Below, piece after piece: positions 51,601-60,600 of a stretch of DNA of 64,000 nt. Made by a program: the position numbers and the translations under genes. The notes under the pieces are model-generated. The model saw nothing but the letters and a program-made list of their open reading frames with translations, was not told where the DNA came from and did not search any database. Source of the stretch: Leucoraja erinacea (taxonomy: Eukaryota); the NCBI RefSeq assembly GCF_028641065.1, contig NC_073389.1, positions 29,822,001 to 29,886,000 of the forward strand. The letters run 5' to 3'. Position 1 is the first letter of the stretch. Each line of letters opens with the position of its first letter.

Positions 51601-54600
51601 CCGCTCGCAATTGGCCCTGACCTTACTCTCTTATCCCTTCTCGAACTTTCCTTGCCATTAATTCGAGAGTCTTTTGTAACTTTTCCTGTACTCACTTCCC
51701 CTTCAACTCCATCTTTATAGTCCCAATTTGTCAGTCCCTCTCCCCCCCCCACTATTTAGTTTAAACCCGCACATGCAGCCCTCGCAAACCTGCCTGCCAG
51801 AACGTCGGTCCCCCTCCAGTTAAAGTTTGGGAGTGGAGGCTAATGTTCGTTTTGATGTCCTACGATATCCTGTGGAGACAACATTGTAATGTCCATTAGG
51901 AGCTTTGAGTTCCCTACTGTAGGTAGTCGGAAGTTTCAGGAGGGAGGGATCAATGCTGCTAATTACTTTCCCTGAAGTTACCACTATCGGACTACTCTCT
52001 TTATGAAGATGGTCACGAGTACAAAATCTCTGAGGTCCTGTAACATATCTTTTTTTTTAATTCAGGATACCAATGGTTATTGGAAAATAGATTGCCATGC
52101 TATGTGTGCAGGAAAAAAATGCAGATGCTGGTTTAAACCGAAGATAGACACAAAAACTGGAGTAATAACAGTACAGGCAGCATCTCTGGAGAAAAGGAAT
52201 AGTTGACACTTTGGGTAGAGACCCTTCTCAGTCTGAGAGTATCTAGAGACCGAGAGATATAGAACCATGAATGATTGCAAAAAGTAATGGATCAAAGCAA
52301 GGGAACCCACAATGTTGGCTGTATGAATATTGTTTCCTACAGACAGTGAAATTAGTACGAAGACAAAGGGAGGGTCTTGCAAGGGTTACCTCTAGAGTAA
52401 TCAAAATTCGTATTGCATGTATGCCCCCAGCGAATTATAGTCACCGTACTAGTTCGCTGTTGTGTAACACGCAATCCTCTGATTTTTGACATACTGGATC
52501 CCATACGTCACATCCACAGGTGAGGAAGATTAAATAGGGTACCAAACCATGGTACCCTCCTTGGACAGGAGAAGACGACTTGATAAAAAGACAACAGGTG
52601 TGACAGATAGGGATTTTCCTCTAAGAAGTAACCCTTGATACAAAGAGCCACTGAGGAAGGATAGATACGTGAATACAGGTGAGGAAGATTTTGGGAGATG
52701 GTTGGAGAGAGGGAAGACAAAAGGTGGCGATACGTACAAAGAGCCAGTTAGGTATACAGGTGGAACAGAGGGAGAGAGGGAGGATGGGTAGGGACAAAGG
52801 TGGATGGGTAGGGAAAGGTGGTGGGAGTTTTTGGTTGGTGAGTTTACCTAAAATTGGAAGAATTCAACATTCATACTTGTTAAAGACTAGGTTCTGAGAG
52901 CTCTCTTATACCTGCATTAAGGAGGCAATTAAACTCACCTGAGCAATTGCAAACACCCATGAAGCCATGTGTCCTAAACATTATGGTGCCCTGAAATGGG
53001 GGGACTATGCATGAACACAGATGTAATTTCTACATGGTGAAACCAAAATGTATAAAAATGGCCAGTATTAAAATCTGGCAATGTGCACTTTAAGCACATG
53101 GGATTTTTTTAAATTACAAATCTCAAATTGTGGAGTACAGAGGTAAATAAATAAATGATGGATCTTTGTCCCGAACATTATGGAGGGCACTGTATATTTG
53201 GAGCAAGGAGTCTCACAGCTAGCTAACATCTATGTGAGCTAAAGTGACCACCTTCACACTCCCCACTCAACCACCAGAAAGTCTTCAATAGATCTGATAT
53301 ATTAGAATTGTAATGCGAAACAGTAATTATTTTGTCATCATCTTTTCTTGTTACAGTTCAAATTCTCAATGACCCGTGCCTTGGGTAGTTTGTTGGTTGG
53401 TCTGATTCCTTGAAATGAATGATTAATTGGAGGCTGACAGCTTCAGCTTTAGTTACTTATTTTAGCACATGATGGTTACCTCATATTATCAAAATTAACA
53501 ACAAAAACTGGCTAACAATAGTAGATTTTCATTTCCAAGGGCTTTATAAAACAGCAACATTTTAAATATATATTTTCACCTCTTTTTAAAAAAAACACTT
53601 TTTTTCCTTTTAGTGCAATCTGATCAGGAGCCGAAGGATGTGCTGCGGCATAATGTCGTGGGTGATGGCTTGAGTTCTGACTTTAGGACATACATGAAGG
53701 CAAGTGCCAAGCTCGATGCTTCATGAGAGTTATGTATACAAACCTGCTTGTGTTGGCAGCAGTGTTTGCCAATACCCTTTTCCTTCAATGGGTGCAGTTT
53801 CATTTCTTCACGGTGCATATTTATTCCACCAAAAGAAAGCGGGGTGCATCAATGCTCCATCTTCTGGGGAATTTGGGATTGTAACTATGGCTGAGTAACT
53901 GAGAACTTGTCTTTGTAGAGGACCCTAGTTTATATTGCTCGACTAAGAATTCTTTTCACATTTGAGTTTCTTTGAATTGTCTCGTTGGATCACTGACACA
54001 TCCTACACCAACTGATGATTAAGGGTCCATTTCTTCATGTAATAGTTATGAAGGTCCACCTTCATACACCTTAGGACTTCAGCACGTCCTCAACTGTAAT
54101 ACAGGCTAACCTCAAAACCCCTCTATTAACTGTCCCAAGTTGCCAATCTTTATGTCTTTCTCCACGGTAAAACAGGAGAAATACTCATTGAGGACCTTGC
54201 ACATCTCCTGGGGCTCCACACAGAGATGGCTGCTTTGGTTTCTGAAGGGCCCTATTCCCTCTCTAGTCTCCCTCATTCCCTTAATGTACATAAAATCTCT
54301 TTGGATTCTCCTGAATATTATCTGCCACATCTATCACTTGCCTCCTGAATATTATCTGCCACATCTATCACTTGCCTCCTGATATCCTGACGTATGCTCA
54401 ACCGTTCCTGAAATTTCTCCAGGGATACACTTGATTCCAGCTGCCGATATCTGTCCCATGTATCTTTTTTCTCTCATAGCGCCGCAGCTTCGCCAACAGT
54501 CCGTGTGATGATGCTAATCCTAAAGTTGATGTTTTGCAGTTAATGATATTTATATCAAAAGTGACAGGAGTAGAATTAGGTGATTTGGCCCATCAAGTCT

Positions 54601-57600
54601 GCCCCGCCATTCAATCATGGCTGATCTATCTCGCCCTCCTAACCCCATTCTCTTGCCTTCTTCCCATAACCTCTGACACCTGTACTAAACAAGAATCTAT
54701 CTATCTCTGCCTTAACTATATCCTTTGACTTTGCCTCCACAGCCTTCTGTTGCAAAGAATTCCACAGATTGAACTGAATGAAACAATCACTCGTTGAAAT
54801 ATTTGCATGTAAATGGTTTGGGTAATAATTTATTCCACCTAAACCTGCTCCAAAAATTGCTGCTTGGAATTAATTTGGAGGAGATTTTACTCCCAGTCAT
54901 CAGATATTTTAATGAACTTACCCAAGTTTAAAGGGGGATTACGTGCAATTTAAATGAGGACATGTAACTGCATATGATTATCAATCATTGTAATCGTGTC
55001 CTTGGGACAAGGGCTAACTCTTGTTGCTTTTACACAGGGACGGGAGCCTGAGGAACCGCTGAGAATTGAGGAGGATTCAAGTTGGACAATAGAACAAATG
55101 TTTGTGATTTTTATATAATAATTCTTGTTCAGAAATGTTCAGTTAATATTTCTGCCCTTACTGTAAAATAATACTAGAATTTAATGCCATGTGCATTACC
55201 TTCCATCCAAAACTCACCTTAGTCGATCTTCATCTGTGCAAACAGCCGGTGAGCTATTTCACATTGGAGGTTGTAACTCGGTGCTAACTCTGCATCGGTC
55301 AGGAACATTACCAAGAAATAAGCGATTTATTAGATAATGCCATGGAATGCTCACTGGCTTATAGTCCTGTATGCAGAGACTTGGTCACTGTTTCCTGTGC
55401 CAGCACTGGGATTCTTGGCGAAGCACAGTGGTGCAGCTAGTAATGCCACTAGCTCACAGGGCTGGAAGAGTTGCGACAATCTTAACTTCAGATGCTGTCC
55501 GTGTGAAGTTTACATGTTATCCCTGTGATCACGTGGGTTTCCTCCCTTGCCCCAAAAACATGCAGGCTAATTGGCCACTGTAAATTTGCCTGAGTTTGTG
55601 AGTGAGTGAATAGAATCTGTGGGGAGTTGATGAGAATGTGGGGAGAGTTGACTGTGATAAGTGAAAATAGGTGCTTGAAGTTCATTGAAGTTCACTGTTG
55701 ACTTAGTCAGCAGAGTTTTCAGAGAAAGGAATGATGCTAACTTGGCCTAGGACTGCCACAGTATGGGCTGTTAACTACTAATTGGAGAGGAAATGTTCCC
55801 TATTGTAAACGCTGCCGTGACGTAAGAAAATAAATTTTGAGTTGGTCTTCATTTTAATAGAAAAGCAAAATACTTTTGTGAAGAGTATCAGTTTAAAAAA
55901 AAGCTTTAATGCCACTAATTAGAAAGTCAATTTCCCACTGAATAATATGTTTCTGTTGCAGGCCAAACACAGATCATCATCTGGACACTGAAGCAGAGGT
56001 AGCAGAACATACGAGTTCTCCCGAAGGCATTGTCCAGGAACAGCAGAGGTAATTCTTCAGAAAAGTTGAAGCATTTCACCTTTATTTAATTTCTGCTCTG
56101 ATAATCCTTTCCTCCCCATGCCTTCATGTTTCTGTTTATTTGGAGTCACTTCTGCCTCCATTTATTCATTCAAATAACTTCATAGAATTTAGTTAACTTT
56201 TTATTTGATCCTGTGGTTTAAATAAAGGCCAGCAGTAAGATGTTTACTTGCAAACAGTTTATTTATCAATAAGAGCAGTTTTCTACTGCAGAAAATGCTT
56301 AAAATATTGAATAGATGTGCCAACATCCGTGAAGTTTTTTATCTGTGACACATTTCCAGTATTTTTATAATGTTAGGATTCCTGTAACTTCAGTGTTTTG
56401 CGTTCAGATTTTCATTTTTCATCCCACAAATCTGGTTGAGATTTCTGTGCCTACGAATTATTGGCAGCAATCAAGTTGTGGCAACTTCTATAACTTTAAA
56501 TATGCCTTTGAAAAGCTTTGTTCAAATCTTGTTGAATTGATTGATATGGAATTGTATGGCACAGATACGAACCCTTTTGGGACCCTTCGCATGATGTCTG
56601 TCTATGCAAATCGCATTTTACTCATTAGGCCTGTATCTCTCTACACATTTCCTTTCCAAGTACTTGTAAAAATGCTTTTTAAACTTTGTGATTGTATCTA
56701 CCCGTACTACCTCCTCTAGCAGCTCGTTCCAAATACCCATCTTCTGTGTGGAAAACCTGCCTCTCAAATCTCCTTTCACCTTAAATATGTTCCCTCTTGC
56801 TCTAGTTTTCCTTCCCTGGAGACAAAGATTCTAATGACCTATCCTACCTGTACGCATTGTAACCTCTACGAGGTCACTCCTTTGCACCTGACATTGCAAT
56901 GATAATAAGCTCGGCCTATCCAACCTCTCTTTATAACTACAGACCTCCATTCCAAGCAACTTCCTGATGAATTTCTTCTGCATTCTTTATTGCTACCACA
57001 AATTTCCTGCAGTGTGGCAATGAGACCCATAAACAATGCACTATCCTGCTGTATTTTTAGATAACCTTCTTTGCTGTCATGACCACCAATTTTTATGTTG
57101 CCTGAAATCTTTCTGTTCAGACCATTTACATTCTCATTCAAGCACTTTATATTTATTTATATATATATGTGTCTATGTATATAAATATTATAACCAACGA
57201 AGATCTCCACAAACAAACATCACGTTATATATTTCCAGTCAAAAACACTTGTCTGTTCTTACCCTATACCTATTCTGGACCAGTGTACCATTTAAGACCT
57301 TGTCAAATGCTTTACAGAAGTCCATGTAAACCATGTCTACTGCTCTGCACTTTTTTTTGTAGGTATCTCCTCAAAATCCTCAATCAGAATTGCAAAACAT
57401 AATCTTCCTTGTTTAAGGTTTCGATTTATTATTATCACGTGTACTGAGGTTCAGTGAAAAGCTTTGTTCTATATTCTATCCAAACAAATTAGATATACAG
57501 TACATAAATGCAATCAAGTCTTGGGATCATCCCTCACCCGTGAAATGTCTTGGGTAATTCCCGTCATCTTAAGGTACAACACTATATATTTTGACTGAAA

Positions 57601-60600
57601 ATTGTACAGTAAAGCAGGAGAATCGGGGTGAATTACAGGTACTTCTGTTACAATACATCAAATCAATAAATGTTTCCCAAGTATCTTTCAAAGTGGCTGA
57701 TGCTTGAACATGGTTCTTGACTTAACACAATTATAGAATCAAAATAGCATGGATGCTAGTTATGAAGTGATTGATTTCACACTAGCGGCTAGAGAACAAT
57801 TCCGAGTCAAAAGCTTTCTGATTCGAGAGCCGTCTGTTAAAAGGTTGACACCCAGATGTTATTCTTGCCTCTTTTCACAGACTTGCGATGGACGTTCCAA
57901 TTCACCTTCTCCCACTCTTTGGTTTGGGTCTTTGAGCTGTGTCTCAACAGCATATTCCAAGGCACTGAAAACATTTAAAAATATGCTACAAATACATGGG
58001 TTGTCAAGACCATTGCAACAATGTTTTGAAAACAAACTGAGGGTATACTCGGAATGAACTGCATGCTGTAATTATCTAGTTGTCATCACTGGCAGTTCAA
58101 CATTAATTTGACAGCAAATTAGCCTTACCTTTGACAGAAGACAAAAATTGAGCCAACAATAATTGATGTATCAACATTTCCAAAGAGCAAAATGCAATTT
58201 TTTCACATGCTTTAGCAGTCAAATTGTTTCCAGCATGAACAAAGTATTCAGACATGAGAAATAGTGGCAGGTCGTGTGGCCCTTTATACCTGCTCCACCA
58301 TTCAATAAGATCATGTTTGATCTTTTACCAAGAGCTTTATTCGTGTATTAATCAAGAACCAGAGGACATAAGTTCAAGGTGAGGAGAGAAAGATTTAATA
58401 GGAACCTGAGGAGCAACTTTTTTACATAAAGGGTGGTAACTATATGGAACGTGCTGCCAGAGGAGGTAGTTGAGGCAGGCACTGTCACAACGGTTAAGAA
58501 ACATTTGAACAGTTACATGGATAGGAAAGGTTTGAAGGGATATGGGCCAAAGGCAGGCAGGTGGGACTAGTGTAGATGGGGCAAGTTGGTTGGCATGGGC
58601 AAGTTGGGCCGAAGGGACTGTTTCCATGTTGTATGAATCTATAACTCTGTGGCATTATCATCGAACAAATTATTCTGTTCCCTCATTGAAGACAGTGGGA
58701 GCTTTCTGTGGCAAATTGATTACTTTGCTACTTTACAAAACTGACTACATTTTGCAATGCACTTTATTGATTGGAGAGTGCAGTAGATCATTAGAAGGTA
58801 GTGAAAGATGCTGTTTGAACGCTAGATGTCCAGGTGGTTTATTGTTACTTTTCATTTATTTGTAATTTCTTAAATTTCTCTCTCCTTGCTCCAGGTTGAA
58901 TCTGAATTTTCAGGATATTAGTGGAGTGGATCTTTATCCTTTGCAAATGGATAAAACAGCCTGTTTGAAACTTCAGACGTCACCAATAAAGTATGTTTTC
59001 TTTTAATTAATTCAATTTTTATTGCACCTGTAAAGGACAAAAGCTTTTGTGTATAAAATGTTCTACATGTTTCTTGGTTATATTTTAATCTGTGTTATGA
59101 AGAGAAAACCCTGTACAATCAGCATCTCTATAGCTCCTGTTTTACTAAAGAGTTTCTTTCAAAGTTGGAAGGCGCTGAGCTGAGTAGAAACTGATCCTGC
59201 CATATCTAGATGAGGGTCTGCACTGCAGGGAGGATTTCTGTTTGGGGAAAGCAACATGGTTTGTCCACACATACCGCAGGTTAATTATGAGCTAAATTCA
59301 GCCCGGTTCAGTAAATGCTGGAATGTAAGCTGTAACCTTCCTGGTGTGCGCAACTTGTCACTCGGTGGTACATAATTCAGAATATGTTGAAATACAGCCT
59401 TCCATGGCAATGTATAAAGAAGTCGCATTGTATGCTGCAAATGTAAACAGAAACTCGTTAAATGGTAAGGACAGTGCACATCTTGGTCTCTCCAGCCTGG
59501 CCCATGTAGTTGTGATACCTTATGCATCACCAAGCACACCCTACCTGCATGGAGCAGTGGAATGTTCTGAGCAAGGCGAAGAAGCAGGCAAAATAACATC
59601 CAGGGAAGTTTTTCAAAGTTGGAAAATTCCTCTCTGATCATCTGAATGAGTGAAAGTCACTCAGGTGATTGCGATGGTCATAGAAATTTATAATTTTTAT
59701 CCTGGGGTTGGAGAATGGAGAACTAGAGGGCATCTGCTTGAGGTGAGAGGGAAAAGATTTAATAGGAACCTGAGGGTAACATTTTCACACAGAAGGTAGA
59801 ACGAGCTACCAGGTGAAGTGGTTGAGGCAGTACAGTAACAACATTTTAAAACACATTTTGACAAATACATTCAGAGGAATACGGGTCAAACTTGGGCAAA
59901 TGAGAGTTGCATAGATGGGCATCTTGGGCGGCATGAATGAGTTTGGCCGAAGGGCCCGTTTCCATGATCTGTGACTCTTAAGTCAGGAGGCAGCCAGGGT
60001 GGCCATGCCAGGTCACAGCTCTGGATACTCATCCTCGGGTAATGAGTTCCAACTCCCCCATGCCCATTGGGCGAAATAGCTTTTTTGTCATCCTCCCCCA
60101 ATCATTCCACTGCTTAATTTCAATCTCTCCCTCTGTAGTTACTGTTCACCATAGTTTGAGCTCTCATGATTTGAGTGATCGGCCCCTGCCTGCCAAAGCT
60201 GTAGAAACATCTTTATTCATCACTGCACCCTCTGCAACAGTCACATACCTCCTGTCGTGCAGTGATCTGATTTGTTTTTAAGATCTCATCACTATTGATC
60301 TGGGTGGCCCACTGTGTATATATCACCTGTGGCATTTAAGACATTGCAGATCATTAAATTCCTCAGCTGATCTGGAGGAAGGATTTGAATTTGGGTCTCT
60401 GCATTATTAGTCTGTGCCTTTGGAGTACTAGTTCAGTCATTTGACTGCTGTGCCACCCAAGTACAAAGCACTGTGACAATTAGTAAATTAGGCTTTGACA
60501 TAACAATTGTAGAATGACCTTGCCTCAGTCAAATAGAGCAAGTAACCCCTGTGCCTTGTGTAATAAACTAATTAGGCTTATACATAACCCTTCAGCCTGT

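Noticed and set aside
53357-53384. Possible extra LRCH1 exon ttacag|TTCAAATT...CTTGG|gtagtt
   Set aside because: At 28 bp it breaks the frame between the phase-1 neighbours and creates a stop in the next exon.
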